Source: an uncultured Methanosarcinales archaeon (lineage in GTDB: Archaea; Nanobdellota; Nanobdellia; Woesearchaeales; CAZYIM01). Taken from it: 54,738 bases of DNA. The notes under the pieces were generated by a model. That model did no database searches and was not told where the DNA came from. It saw only the letters and a list, made by a program, of their open reading frames with translations. The translations under genes and the position numbers were made by a program. Within the stretch, counting starts at the first letter, position 1. Each line of letters starts with the position of its first letter. Positions 10,206-20,138 of this stretch are shown here, one piece after another. The DNA is taken from the NCBI GenBank assembly GCA_964647565.1, contig CAZYIM010000017.1, positions 1 to 54,738 of the forward strand. The letters are read 5' to 3'.

Positions 10206-10227
10206 TTATAGAAGTATTCTAACATCT

Positions 10228-10241
10228 TTTATATATCTTTC
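10228..10241 (-). promoter_or_regulatory. Archaeal BRE/TATA promoter for 8805..10205
   Basis: GAAAGATATATAAA on the minus strand, ending 23 nt before the ATG. Confidence 0.5.
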
Positions 10242-10247
10242 ATTCAA

Positions 10248-11297
10248 TTACTCGAGCCAGCTGTTTTCCAGCAGTTCCTGGAATACGATATCTGCCACGA
10301 TGATGTGACCCTTTCTGTTATAATGTATCATATCTGGTGTTATGCTGCCGGGATCATCAACCTTTATAGTGAATTGTTCTTTTATATTTAAAAATGGAGT
10401 TCCTGTTTCTTGGCTGAAACTCTCGACAAATCCATAGGTGTCGTAATACTTGTTTATGTAGGGGAAATTGATTATGCGGAGGTTGATATCTTCTTTTTCT
10501 GCTTTTTTAACAATCTGATTGAGCTGTTCAAATGAATCCTCATACCACAGATTCAAATAGCTAATCTTGGGTTCAAACCCAAGCCCCCTTAAAATGTTGA
10601 TCATAGCTTCATTAAGTACCCTATAACTTACCAGATTCTTAAGGAAAAACTTATTGAAAGGAAGATTTAGCACATATCTGATCACCTTCAACGAATAGAC
10701 CAATGTCACATTTTCCTTGTTAATATATAAATTATCTGAATTGATGTCGTTTTGAAAAAATCCATAGATTACAAGGTCCGGATCACATTTCAAGGCTTCG
10801 TTTTGAAATACATAATTGATCTGTTTAAGGTTGTATCCGCCCATTGCAAAGTTAAGCACTTCATAATGCTTGGTCAAATTTTCATGAGAATTTAACTTCT
10901 GATAGAGACGGGCACCATATCTCCAATCATCTTCAGTTCTATTGCCTTTAATCATCGATACTCCCTGAGTCACTGAATCCCCTATCAGTATTATCCTGAA
11001 GACATTTTCCTGTTTTTTTTCCTGACAGTATTTTTCAGAAAAGTCATCATGATGCAGAACAATATCTTTATTTGATCCTTCAAATCTCAGGCCCCTTGTT
11101 TCGTGGGGATAACTGTCTGGCGTATCTACCATAATTGTTCTATGAGGATTTTGTACAGTAGTTTTCTTGAAAATCCAACCTTCAGGAGATATTGAATGCA
11201 AGATCAGTTCTCCCACTAGGAGGCATAACAGTAGGGTAACAAATAATATGAGAATTTTCAAATATATGCTGTTTTTTTTCACTTTTTTTTTGACCAC
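10248..11297 (-). CDS. SGNH/GDSL hydrolase family protein, membrane anchored
   Basis: N-terminal TM helix; LIGDSVTQG (block I), NFAMGGYN, QND, DMIHYN (DxxH). Confidence 0.88.
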   Translation of the reverse strand: MVKKKVKKNSIYLKILILFVTLLLCLLVGELILHSISPEGWIFKKTTVQNPHRTIMVDTPDSYPHETRGLRFEGSNKDIVLHHDDFSEKYCQEKKQENVFRIILIGDSVTQGVSMIKGNRTEDDWRYGARLYQKLNSHENLTKHYEVLNFAMGGYNLKQINYVFQNEALKCDPDLVIYGFFQNDINSDNLYINKENVTLVYSLKVIRYVLNLPFNKFFLKNLVSYRVLNEAMINILRGLGFEPKISYLNLWYEDSFEQLNQIVKKAEKEDINLRIINFPYINKYYDTYGFVESFSQETGTPFLNIKEQFTIKVDDPGSITPDMIHYNRKGHIIVADIVFQELLENSWLE

Positions 11298-11469
11298 GTC
11301 CCGGACATATTAAGACTGCAGATGTTTTTATAGTTTTGGTTTTGAGTAATGTGAAAAACAGAACATATAATTGCGTTAGTGATTTAAGCTATCCATTTTC
11401 TAAATCACAACAAATTTAAATAATGGCCTCTACTAAATATCTGAATTGCGTTGGGGTGGTGGATGACAT

Positions 11470-13059
11470 TTGAATAGACCTAAAAAAGACCTAAAAAACC
11501 ATATTGTAGTTATAGTAGTATTGCTGATAATACTGTTTCATGCTGTAAACGGATTTATAATCCTAAGAGCTGACAACCGTCCATCTCAGAATGATGATAT
11601 TTGGGTAAAGGTGGTGGCTATTAGATTATATTCGGATTTGTCTCATAGAAATCCATTAAAGATTCCAAATTATGCTGACAACAAACCGGTTTTATTGCCT
11701 TTGCTTTCTGTCCCTTTTCTTAAACTAACTAATTTAAACAAGATGAGTTTTTTTCTTACCAATCTTTTTTTCTTATCTCTACTGCTTTTTTCAATCTGTG
11801 CAATAGGTAGTTTGCTTCATTCAAAAAAAGCAGGATTGTTGGCAGCTTTTATCGTGGGATGTTTTCCTCAAGTTTTTGGCCTATCAAGAATGACCGAGCC
11901 GTATTTTCCTTTGATCTGTTCATTGACATTTGCTATTTACTGTCTTTTGAAAACTAACAAGTTTGCATCTTTCAAATATTCCCTTTGTTTTGGATTTGCA
12001 TCTGGTTTATGTGCATTAATGAAGACTTCGTTCTCAATTTATCTAATAGGACCTTTTCTCGCCTATTTGTTATTTTCAGTTATTGACACATTCAAATATA
12101 AAAATAGGGCCTTTAGTAGAATTAAAAATCTGCTTGCAGCTTTGATTTTGTTTTTAGTGACTATTATTCCATTTTATATTAATAACTGGAGAGCATTTCT
12201 TTTTGACAGTCAATTAGCTGTAACACACGCTTCCAGTACCCGGCCATTATTAAATACCTTGACATTTTATCTGGAAAATCTTTTTGGACCGCAAATCCTT
12301 CCATTTTTTCTTGTGTTGTTTCTTATTTCAATTTTTATTTTCATTTTTACCATACGTAATTACAGACTGTTAGTTTCTGCATGGTTGTTCTTTCCGTGGA
12401 TTTTTTATTTAGCGGTTGGTCTTGGCCATACTGACATGAGGTTTGCATTTTCAATGCTTCCAGCCATTGCAATTGTCATTGCAGTTGCTGTTTCAGTAAT
12501 TAAAAACAAAATTGCTAGAAAGACCATCATCTCTGTGGTAGTGATTGTTGGTATGATACAATTTATCCTTGTTTCTTATTTGCCTCTAACACATGCACAA
12601 TTACCTTTATCATACACAAAATCCGTTTCAATGAATACATATGACCGCATTTTTTTTGGATTATGGCATGCAGATCCGTATGAGTGGGAACAAGCAAACA
12701 CAAAAGTGATGTTTACTACCTCTTTTTCTCAAAATGATCAAGATAATTATTCAATACTGAATTTTGCAGGTCATTTTCATTTCTCTTTAGAGGAACTTTT
12801 CCTTGAATCAAATCAAGAAACAATAATAATAAAATCTTCTGAGCATCATGATTTGATGCCTGTGATGAATTATGATTATGTTGTGATATCTGCTATGAAA
12901 AAACACCAGTATATGCGTTACGAAGTCAGATATGAAAACAGGAATCTCGATCCAGAGGCATATGAGGCTATAATGGGAGAATTCTCTTTCTTATCAAATA
13001 TTACTTTTATACCGAATGATATCACTTTGTCGGTCTATAAAAGGAATGATTTAGTTTAG
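11470..13059 (+). CDS. GT39/ArnT-like polytopic membrane glycosyltransferase (GT-C fold)
   Basis: Many TM helices; GLLAAFIV, GLSR, GLCALMK pattern; soluble C-terminal domain; paralog of 20131.. and 39930..; TTG start after GGTGG. Confidence 0.85.
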   Translation: MNRPKKDLKNHIVVIVVLLIILFHAVNGFIILRADNRPSQNDDIWVKVVAIRLYSDLSHRNPLKIPNYADNKPVLLPLLSVPFLKLTNLNKMSFFLTNLFFLSLLLFSICAIGSLLHSKKAGLLAAFIVGCFPQVFGLSRMTEPYFPLICSLTFAIYCLLKTNKFASFKYSLCFGFASGLCALMKTSFSIYLIGPFLAYLLFSVIDTFKYKNRAFSRIKNLLAALILFLVTIIPFYINNWRAFLFDSQLAVTHASSTRPLLNTLTFYLENLFGPQILPFFLVLFLISIFIFIFTIRNYRLLVSAWLFFPWIFYLAVGLGHTDMRFAFSMLPAIAIVIAVAVSVIKNKIARKTIISVVVIVGMIQFILVSYLPLTHAQLPLSYTKSVSMNTYDRIFFGLWHADPYEWEQANTKVMFTTSFSQNDQDNYSILNFAGHFHFSLEELFLESNQETIIIKSSEHHDLMPVMNYDYVVISAMKKHQYMRYEVRYENRNLDPEAYEAIMGEFSFLSNITFIPNDITLSVYKRNDLV

Positions 13060-13070
13060 CTAATTGGTTA

Positions 13071-14567
13071 TTAGTTTGATCCCAGAAATTTCTCACTAAG
13101 ATATGTCCATAGATTGATTTCAGGCATATGCTTAAAAGAAAGTGCATTCCATCTGAATTTTGCCCATTGTTTTATTGGAAAGAGGCCAATCTTATATGCG
13201 GTTGGTAGGATATCCCATACCATATCAGATGTGATTATTGAGGTCTGTAGTATGTTTTTCATGATCTTCAGATCTTTTTTCCTTAGATAAGGTATTTCTG
13301 CCACCTTAGAAATTGAGTTGAAATGATCGACATTTATCCAATCCTCCAACTTGTTTGGCACTTTTAATCCTGCTTTGATGCATAAATCAAATAGGGGGGT
13401 TCCTGGTAATGGGATGAACATGCTGAATTCAACTAATTTAGCTAGATTATTTTCTTTTTTCAATCTTCTTGCCAGCATGACTGACTGGATAGATTCCTTA
13501 GTGGTTTCACTGGGGATTCCAAGCATAAAAGAATAATAGGGTATAATCTTGTTTTTTCGGGCGCGTTTGTTTGCTGAAATTACATTTTGCACACTGATCC
13601 CTTTATTGATCAGTTGTAGTAATCTTTCAGATCCTGTCTCAACTCCAAACCTGAAGCTTTCGCATCCACTTCTTTTGATATTGTTCAATTGTTGATCACT
13701 CATACGGTTGAAGGTATCGATTCTTATGCCGGAGGTATACCATCTAATGTCGAACTTTTCTTTAATGAGAAGTTGGGCAATTTTATCAGCTCTTTTCAGA
13801 TCTAAAAAGAATTCATCGTCTCTCAACCAGACAGCATCAAGATTGAATCTTTGGGCATTATTTACTATCATTTCTGCTGTTTTCTCAGCAGATATTGCAC
13901 GCCAACGATGTTTATAGAATGCAGATGTAGCACAAAATCCGCAGGAATGTGTACAACCTCTGGTTGTCATGCCAATATCTAGCTCCCTCTTGCTGTTTTT
14001 CAAGAATTTGCTCTTTTGGATGTATTTTTTAACATTTATTAAATTCCAGGGTGTTTCCTTCAGTAAGTTGAGGTCAAAATAGTTCCTATCTGGATTTTGA
14101 ATAATATTTTTTCCATCCTTGAAGCTCAGACCTTTGATTTTTTTCAGATCTTTTACATCTTTTTTTCCCTTATATAGCAATTGAGCAAGTTCATAGAATG
14201 TTTTTTCTCCTTCTGACCGAATCACCAGGTCTATATTCCTATTTTTTAAGGTTTGCTCAGGAAAGAAAGTGGGGTGCATTCCACCCCATACGATTGCTAC
14301 GTCTGGTGCAATATTTTTTACAAGTCTAGATGCTTCCAATCCATATTTTATCTGCTGGCCGCACATGCTTGTTATTCCGATGCAGCAGCTTTCCCTCAGA
14401 TTTTTTATCAAATGCTTTTTCCAGTCAGAATCGATCCTCTGGTCGATAATCTTCACATCAAAATCTCCTACCAGTTCAGCTGCCAAGCTCAGAAGGCTGT
14501 GAGGCGGTGACAAGCTGCCACCTATATCTAGACCTGTTTTTGGATTGACAAGGACAATCTTATTCAA
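13071..14567 (-). CDS. Cobalamin-binding radical SAM protein
   Basis: PPHSLLSLAA, WGGMHPT, EGE, RGCTHSCGFC, FGVETGS, MLGIPSET; GGTGGTGA RBS before TTG. Confidence 0.93.
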   Translation of the reverse strand: MNKIVLVNPKTGLDIGGSLSPPHSLLSLAAELVGDFDVKIIDQRIDSDWKKHLIKNLRESCCIGITSMCGQQIKYGLEASRLVKNIAPDVAIVWGGMHPTFFPEQTLKNRNIDLVIRSEGEKTFYELAQLLYKGKKDVKDLKKIKGLSFKDGKNIIQNPDRNYFDLNLLKETPWNLINVKKYIQKSKFLKNSKRELDIGMTTRGCTHSCGFCATSAFYKHRWRAISAEKTAEMIVNNAQRFNLDAVWLRDDEFFLDLKRADKIAQLLIKEKFDIRWYTSGIRIDTFNRMSDQQLNNIKRSGCESFRFGVETGSERLLQLINKGISVQNVISANKRARKNKIIPYYSFMLGIPSETTKESIQSVMLARRLKKENNLAKLVEFSMFIPLPGTPLFDLCIKAGLKVPNKLEDWINVDHFNSISKVAEIPYLRKKDLKIMKNILQTSIITSDMVWDILPTAYKIGLFPIKQWAKFRWNALSFKHMPEINLWTYLSEKFLGSN

Positions 14568-14619
14568 ACATCACCACCTAAAGCCATTAATTGACCAGAT
14601 TATATAAATCTTTTTTATT

Positions 14620-14660
14620 AAGACAGCAACATCTACGTGGAGGGTAGGTGTTGCTGCCTT
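14620..14660. repeat. Imperfect 17-bp inverted repeat (hairpin) between divergent genes
   Basis: AAGACAGCAACATCTAC-gtggagg-GTAGGTGTTGCTGCCTT; 15 Watson-Crick pairs, one G-U, one mismatch, 7-nt loop. Confidence 0.8.
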
Positions 14661-14698
14661 GAAAACTATTATATTTAATGCTCATTTTCAATTTCATC

Positions 14699-14712
14699 GA
14701 AAGGTTTATTTA
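14699..14712 (+). promoter_or_regulatory. Archaeal BRE/TATA promoter for 14735..16636
   Basis: GAAAGGTTTATTTA ending 23 nt before the ATG; no RBS, consistent with leaderless mRNA. Confidence 0.55.
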
Positions 14713-14734
14713 GTTTCTTTTCTTCTTTTATTAT

Positions 14735-16636
14735 ATGGATTATGTGTTGGGGTTGGTTGACTTAAAACGTAGAAACTCTTCTGGTTCCTCTGCTGTAAAA
14801 AATGCTTATGCCAGAAAGAAAATCTGCGATTATCATTTTAGGAATCTTCATTTAAATTCTTCCATTGAATTCTATCAATCAGGATACTTGAATATCCAGA
14901 TTTTTGGAAAGATAACCCGAATATATTCTGAGGATTATAACTTAATAGAGTATAGGTATGATCAGATTAATTTAATATCTAAGCTTTTCAAGAAATATGG
15001 TCCTAATTTCATCAATATGATCGAAGGATATTTTCTATTAATACTCTATGATGATTATAATGATCATCTTTATATTTTCAATAACAGGTATTTGAGCAGC
15101 ACTCTCTATTATTATAATGATGGTAAAAAACTTATTTTCTCTAATACAATTTCAAATATTCTTAATAGCATGGATGAACATCCTGGTCTTAACAAAGGGA
15201 CTCTTTTAGAATTTCTTAATGGCTGTTACATCTATTCTGAGAATACCATGTTCAACAACATCTATAGGTTGGAGCCCGGTTATTTTCTCTTATGCCAGGG
15301 TAGAGATGTGAACTTACACAGATATTGGAAGATGGCATTCAATAGAAAGCCAATCAGGAATATGAAAAAAGCTGTTGATCAGTATGAATCTGTAATCCAG
15401 GCAGGTATTAAGGATTTTATAGATTATAATGATACCAAGAAGCTTGGTTGTTATTTGAGCGGAGGTGTAGACACGTCTTTTATTACAGCCCATGCTGCTA
15501 AATTGTTTGATAAAAAAGTACATGCTTTTACAGGAGCGCTAGGTTATGAAATGTTTGATGAAACAGAAAAAGCAAGATTTGTTTGTGACAGGTTTGGTGT
15601 AATTCATCACCCTGTTAAGATCAAATCAGGAGATTTAGATCTTATTCCTTCTATCTTACGCACAGTTGAGGAACCTGCGGGAGATATCTCTTTGCCAATG
15701 TATAAATGTGCAATAGAAGCCAGTAAGTATGTCGATACAGTCATGACTGGGGATTGTGGTGATAATCTTCATGGACAATATTATTCTGTTGCAGAGGTCC
15801 AGAGATATATGCAGTTCACACCATATATCCTCAGAAGATTGCTGCATTCTTTTGCTCTTCTCATGACCAAAATAACCAACTCTGAGCTGATCTGGGAGAT
15901 GGAGCATGTTTCGAAGGTTTTTTCCAAGAAAAATTTCTACAAGGATTTCTATAGGAGATTGGTGACTTACGGTCAGTTTGATGCAGCTGCTAGGAATCAG
16001 CTGTTAAGGAAGAGTTTCATGAAAGGAGTTTCAATGAATCAATGCACGAATGAAATATTAATGACCAGAAAACATTTCTTTGATGACCTCATTGAATCCA
16101 ATGTGACCTATGGAGTTCTACATTATATGCTTCCGTGGACTCATAAGCCGCTCAGCCAGAAAAACACTCTTTTTTATGTGCCCTATCTGAACAAGCAGGT
16201 GGTTGACTTCATAAATACCCTCCCTATAAAGACTCTTGCCAAGGGCTCTTCAGTAGCCAGGGCTCTACATATGGCTGAACAAAGGCATTTCCATAAGAAA
16301 GCCTTACGGAAATTAATTCCTAATGAATTTATCAAGAGACAGAATCAATCCTTCGATCAACCCTTTGATTTCTGGTTTAAGGAAAGGCCAGGTATTCTAG
16401 AAAATTTGGTTGTTTCCCTTAAAAAAAGAGGATACTTTAAAGAATATTATCTTGACCAATTATTAGATCAGTTCAACAAAAGAAAGTTTAGCAAAAAGTA
16501 TATATTCCAGATTTCCAATCATGGTTACAGGATTTTTTCCCTGCTCAATGTCGAGATCTGGTGCAGGGAGTTTTTTGATGATTTCAATAAAAAAAATAAG
16601 GAAAAACCTTTAGAAGATTACTTAGCAGATAAATGA
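14735..16636 (+). CDS. Asparagine synthase-like ATP-dependent amide ligase (AsnB-like, lacking N-terminal Cys)
   Basis: LSGGVDTS PP-loop, EEP, TGDCGD, GATase-like N-terminal domain starting MDYVLG rather than MCGI. Confidence 0.85.
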   Translation: MDYVLGLVDLKRRNSSGSSAVKNAYARKKICDYHFRNLHLNSSIEFYQSGYLNIQIFGKITRIYSEDYNLIEYRYDQINLISKLFKKYGPNFINMIEGYFLLILYDDYNDHLYIFNNRYLSSTLYYYNDGKKLIFSNTISNILNSMDEHPGLNKGTLLEFLNGCYIYSENTMFNNIYRLEPGYFLLCQGRDVNLHRYWKMAFNRKPIRNMKKAVDQYESVIQAGIKDFIDYNDTKKLGCYLSGGVDTSFITAHAAKLFDKKVHAFTGALGYEMFDETEKARFVCDRFGVIHHPVKIKSGDLDLIPSILRTVEEPAGDISLPMYKCAIEASKYVDTVMTGDCGDNLHGQYYSVAEVQRYMQFTPYILRRLLHSFALLMTKITNSELIWEMEHVSKVFSKKNFYKDFYRRLVTYGQFDAAARNQLLRKSFMKGVSMNQCTNEILMTRKHFFDDLIESNVTYGVLHYMLPWTHKPLSQKNTLFYVPYLNKQVVDFINTLPIKTLAKGSSVARALHMAEQRHFHKKALRKLIPNEFIKRQNQSFDQPFDFWFKERPGILENLVVSLKKRGYFKEYYLDQLLDQFNKRKFSKKYIFQISNHGYRIFSLLNVEIWCREFFDDFNKKNKEKPLEDYLADK

Positions 16637-16652
16637 ACTAGGTGGTAATGAA

Positions 16653-18053
16653 ATGCGTGTTTTGTTTGTTTCTCCCAACAGTAGGAAGATGGCGAGTGTA
16701 AAGGAGATTCCATTAGTTACACCACCTTTAAATCTGATGTACTTAGCAGAGGTTATCATTAGGAATGGATATGAAGCCAGAATAGTGGATGCTTATGCGC
16801 TGAACCTCAAGTTTAAAGATATATTGACGACTATCAAGCGTTATAATCCTGATGTTCTTTTCTTTCCATTATACAGTACAGATCTTGCATACATATACAA
16901 GCTTACACAGATTATTAAAATCAGAGATCCTGATACTCCTATTGTGGTTGGAGGTCATCACGCTTCTTGGATGCCTCATGAAGTCTTGGAAGAATTTCAA
17001 CAAGTAGATTATGTTATCCGAGGAGAAGCAGAAGCTATTGTAACAAAACTGACGGATTTCATTAAAAAAAATAAAGGATTGGAAAAAATAAAAGGCATCT
17101 CATATAGGCACAAGGGGAAAATCATTCATAATAAGGATGCCTTGCCGATTATTGATTTGGACAAGATTCCAATCCCTTCTAGAGATCTTATTGATCCGAA
17201 AAATTATTATTCCCGGCTTTCAAAGAGGAATCCTCTAGGGGTTATTATGACTAGCAGGGGATGTCCTTTTCAATGTAGTTTCTGCCCCAAATTGAATACT
17301 CATTTTCAAAAATACAAGATGCGATCACCTGAAAATGTTGTCGCAGAGATAAAAGAGATAGTTGATCATGGCGCAAAGTCAATAGAGATTTATGACGATT
17401 TATTTGTTTACGATGTTAAAAGATGCTTTAGGATTCTCGATCTTATTAAGCAGGAAAAAATGGATTTTGAGTTTAGAATTAGAACTCGCGTCAATTTCAT
17501 AAACAAGGAGCTCTTATCAAGACTGAAATCTGCAGGCTGTTCTACAATATCATATGGTGTTGAATCTGGCAATCAGAGAATACTGGATATGAACAGGAAG
17601 GGCACTAAGCTGGACATCATTGAAAGGGTTTTTCGACAGACACATAAGTTGAGCATTAACATTCTTGGTTTCTTTTTAATAGGCTTTCCTGAAGATACCC
17701 CTACGACAATAAGGCAGACTATCAACTTTGCAAAGAAGCTTAATCCCAAATATGCTGCTTTTGGAAGGATCACTCCATATCCTGGTACTAAGATTTATAT
17801 TGAAGCCAAGAAAAACAAGACTCTTGTAGGCGATTTCAGTGCTCATAATCCTATTCCTTGGGTGAAATTGTCGTGGACTCATAACAGAAACGACCTGGAT
17901 AAGTATGTGGATCTTGCATACAAAAAATATTACTATCGTCCCACTTTTATCAGTAAATACATTTTTTCTAACCTTAAAGAAGGCAATTGGAACCAACTAG
18001 CCTATCTTGCTAAGACTGCATTTCGTAATATAAAGAATGTGGATCTCGCTTAA
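16653..18053 (+). CDS. Cobalamin-binding radical SAM protein
   Basis: PPLNLMYLA, VGGHHAS, GEAE, SRGCPFQCSFC, YGVESG; GGTGG RBS. Confidence 0.93.
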   Translation: MRVLFVSPNSRKMASVKEIPLVTPPLNLMYLAEVIIRNGYEARIVDAYALNLKFKDILTTIKRYNPDVLFFPLYSTDLAYIYKLTQIIKIRDPDTPIVVGGHHASWMPHEVLEEFQQVDYVIRGEAEAIVTKLTDFIKKNKGLEKIKGISYRHKGKIIHNKDALPIIDLDKIPIPSRDLIDPKNYYSRLSKRNPLGVIMTSRGCPFQCSFCPKLNTHFQKYKMRSPENVVAEIKEIVDHGAKSIEIYDDLFVYDVKRCFRILDLIKQEKMDFEFRIRTRVNFINKELLSRLKSAGCSTISYGVESGNQRILDMNRKGTKLDIIERVFRQTHKLSINILGFFLIGFPEDTPTTIRQTINFAKKLNPKYAAFGRITPYPGTKIYIEAKKNKTLVGDFSAHNPIPWVKLSWTHNRNDLDKYVDLAYKKYYYRPTFISKYIFSNLKEGNWNQLAYLAKTAFRNIKNVDLA

Positions 18054-19009
18054 GGATGTAATTCTAATCTTTTTATCCTTTGATTATAGATGTGTAGAGC
18101 TATGAATCCGTAGAATATCTTGAACCAGAATGTGACTAATCTTATTAAAATAGTGGCCATTGCTGCAATTGGTATGGGCGTATTGTATAATATCAAAAGG
18201 CTAAAAAATCCCCCTTCTGCAATGAGGAATCCCCCTGGTAACATAGAGAATGAACCCGCTACTGAAACCAGGACTAATACAATGATGGCTTGGATTATCG
18301 TTATCGAGGCTCCTAGACCTATTAAGATAAAGTAGACAATCATTGAATCCATCAGCCAGGCTATGGATGAAAAGGGGACTGTAACAATAAAGTTTTTTAC
18401 CTTGAGCATATATCTTAAAGTACTATGGGCATTCGATGATTCATTTAAGAATTTCTTAGTCCAGGATATCTTTTTAAGAACAGAACTAACTATATTAAAA
18501 ACAAACTTACTTTTTAAGACAAACAGTATTATTAAAATAAGGATTGTTAAAATGATCAGTGCTTTTACTAGTATAGGTTGTAGTGATAGGAATAACATTA
18601 CCAAAAGTATCAATAATGAAGATATTAAGATCGTTAGAACTGTTGATACATGACAGGCAAATGTTTTTTTTATTGATATGCCCCTTTTTTTCATAAGATA
18701 GACACGAATTAGCTCGCCTATTTTTGCTGGAAGAATACTTCCTGAAAAACCAGAAAAATATATCAATAGGTTATCAAAAAAGGGGATCTTGATATTTGTT
18801 AGATTCGTGAAATGTCTCCATGACAAGTAATCGAAGACAGTGCTTGTTACACTTATGAACAAGGTCAAAAACAAGTACTCCAGACGAATATTGGCTAAGA
18901 TGCGGGTGAGTTCACCTGCTTCAAAATAAAAGAAGACTGCAGAATACAGCAAGAGAAACAATAGGAATATCCATAATACCTTCTTTTTATTGATTTGTGG
19001 TCTCCTCAT
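18050..19009 (-). CDS. Lysylphosphatidylglycerol synthase TM-domain / flippase-like membrane protein (UPF0104)
   Basis: Polytopic; LPAKIGELIR, LPGGFLIAEG, LIRLVTFW motifs. Confidence 0.88.
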   Translation of the reverse strand: MRRPQINKKKVLWIFLLFLLLYSAVFFYFEAGELTRILANIRLEYLFLTLFISVTSTVFDYLSWRHFTNLTNIKIPFFDNLLIYFSGFSGSILPAKIGELIRVYLMKKRGISIKKTFACHVSTVLTILISSLLILLVMLFLSLQPILVKALIILTILILIILFVLKSKFVFNIVSSVLKKISWTKKFLNESSNAHSTLRYMLKVKNFIVTVPFSSIAWLMDSMIVYFILIGLGASITIIQAIIVLVLVSVAGSFSMLPGGFLIAEGGFFSLLILYNTPIPIAAMATILIRLVTFWFKIFYGFIALHIYNQRIKRLELHP

Positions 19010-19010
19010 T

Positions 19011-20138
19011 TCAGTCTTCTTTTAGCCTTTCTTGAATGTTTTTAGTCCTTAGCAGATTTAGGCCACAGCATAAACTGCAGTAATCAGGGATGTTTTTCTT
19101 GATAAATCCTTCTCTTAATCTATTGAACTGTTTGCTGAACCATATATCTTTGATGCTGTCAGTTTTTATGTTTCCAAATGGCTCTGGCAGATCAACACTG
19201 CACGGATAGACATCTCCATTGGGTCGAATGCTTATGAAGAACCAGGGATGATAGCAGGGAAGTGATGTAATATCTGCCTCTTTATTTTTTTCGTCTTCTA
19301 CCGTTTCACCAGTAGATTCTGTTTTTTTTTCAGTATATGACTTTATGACTTCTTTAACATCTGAATCCTTTTCAACCAGCAGGTCATCAAAGGAATCAAG
19401 ATTGATATTCATCCCTATTCGCTTGGCAGTCTGTAGGATATTCGGGATTGATTTGCTGAAGTCTGTTTTTTGTTTATCTGATAACATGAGCTGTCCTCCT
19501 GCATCGTGGTTTTTGACACGCAATGGTTGGACATAGATTTCCTTAGCATTGAGGACTTTAGCTAGTTTTAGGTATTCTTCTATCCTGTTGTAGTTATATC
19601 TGTTTAATACAGGTCTGAGTTCGATGTGGGGATGATCTTTTTTGAGCTCCTTTTTATATTTGTTGATGAGCTTGATGTTGGAAATTGTTTTTTCAAATGC
19701 ACCTCGCATTCCTTTGATTATATCGTTTGTTTCTGCATCAACCCCGTCAAGGCTGAATGCAATGCAATCCCATTCTATTGTAACTAATTCTTTGATTATA
19801 TTTTCTGTAAATAAGGTTCCATTTGTGGAAACAGTACCTTCCATACCTTTTTGCTTAATATATTTCATCAAATTAGGCGTGATATCAGAACATAATGGGT
19901 CTCCCCCTCCACTTAGATGGATATTCTTTACTTTGATCTCTGCAGCTTCTTCGATCAATTTCTTATAGATATCTAAGGTAAGCTCTTCATTCTTATTATA
20001 TTTCAAATCACCCATTGCTTCACAAGTAACACAACGTAAGTTGCACTTGTTCGTGGGTTTGATTTCTATCTGATATGGTGGCATTGGCTTGTTTTTCATC
20101 CATGCCTTGATACGCGTTATTTCTTCCTTCTTAATCAT
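19011..20138 (-). CDS. Radical SAM protein with Twitch/SPASM-like domain
   Basis: CNLRCVTC, GGGDP, TNG, SLDG; CYHPW-x-YPC...CSLCC; ATG at 20138 overlaps the upstream stop (track start 20144 is TTG). Confidence 0.93.
   Translation of the reverse strand: MIKKEEITRIKAWMKNKPMPPYQIEIKPTNKCNLRCVTCEAMGDLKYNKNEELTLDIYKKLIEEAAEIKVKNIHLSGGGDPLCSDITPNLMKYIKQKGMEGTVSTNGTLFTENIIKELVTIEWDCIAFSLDGVDAETNDIIKGMRGAFEKTISNIKLINKYKKELKKDHPHIELRPVLNRYNYNRIEEYLKLAKVLNAKEIYVQPLRVKNHDAGGQLMLSDKQKTDFSKSIPNILQTAKRIGMNINLDSFDDLLVEKDSDVKEVIKSYTEKKTESTGETVEDEKNKEADITSLPCYHPWFFISIRPNGDVYPCSVDLPEPFGNIKTDSIKDIWFSKQFNRLREGFIKKNIPDYCSLCCGLNLLRTKNIQERLKED

Noticed and set aside
11455..14578. Tiny upstream ORFs (ATG ACA TTT GAA TAG at 11463; ATG TTT GAA TAA at 14571 on the minus strand) overlapping TTG starts
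   Set aside because: The ATGs are part of or adjacent to the GGTG(G)AT RBS, too close to be used; probably incidental
14735..16636. Lasso peptide cluster (AsnB-like cyclase)
   Set aside because: No transglutaminase-like B2 peptidase, RRE or precursor visible in the window
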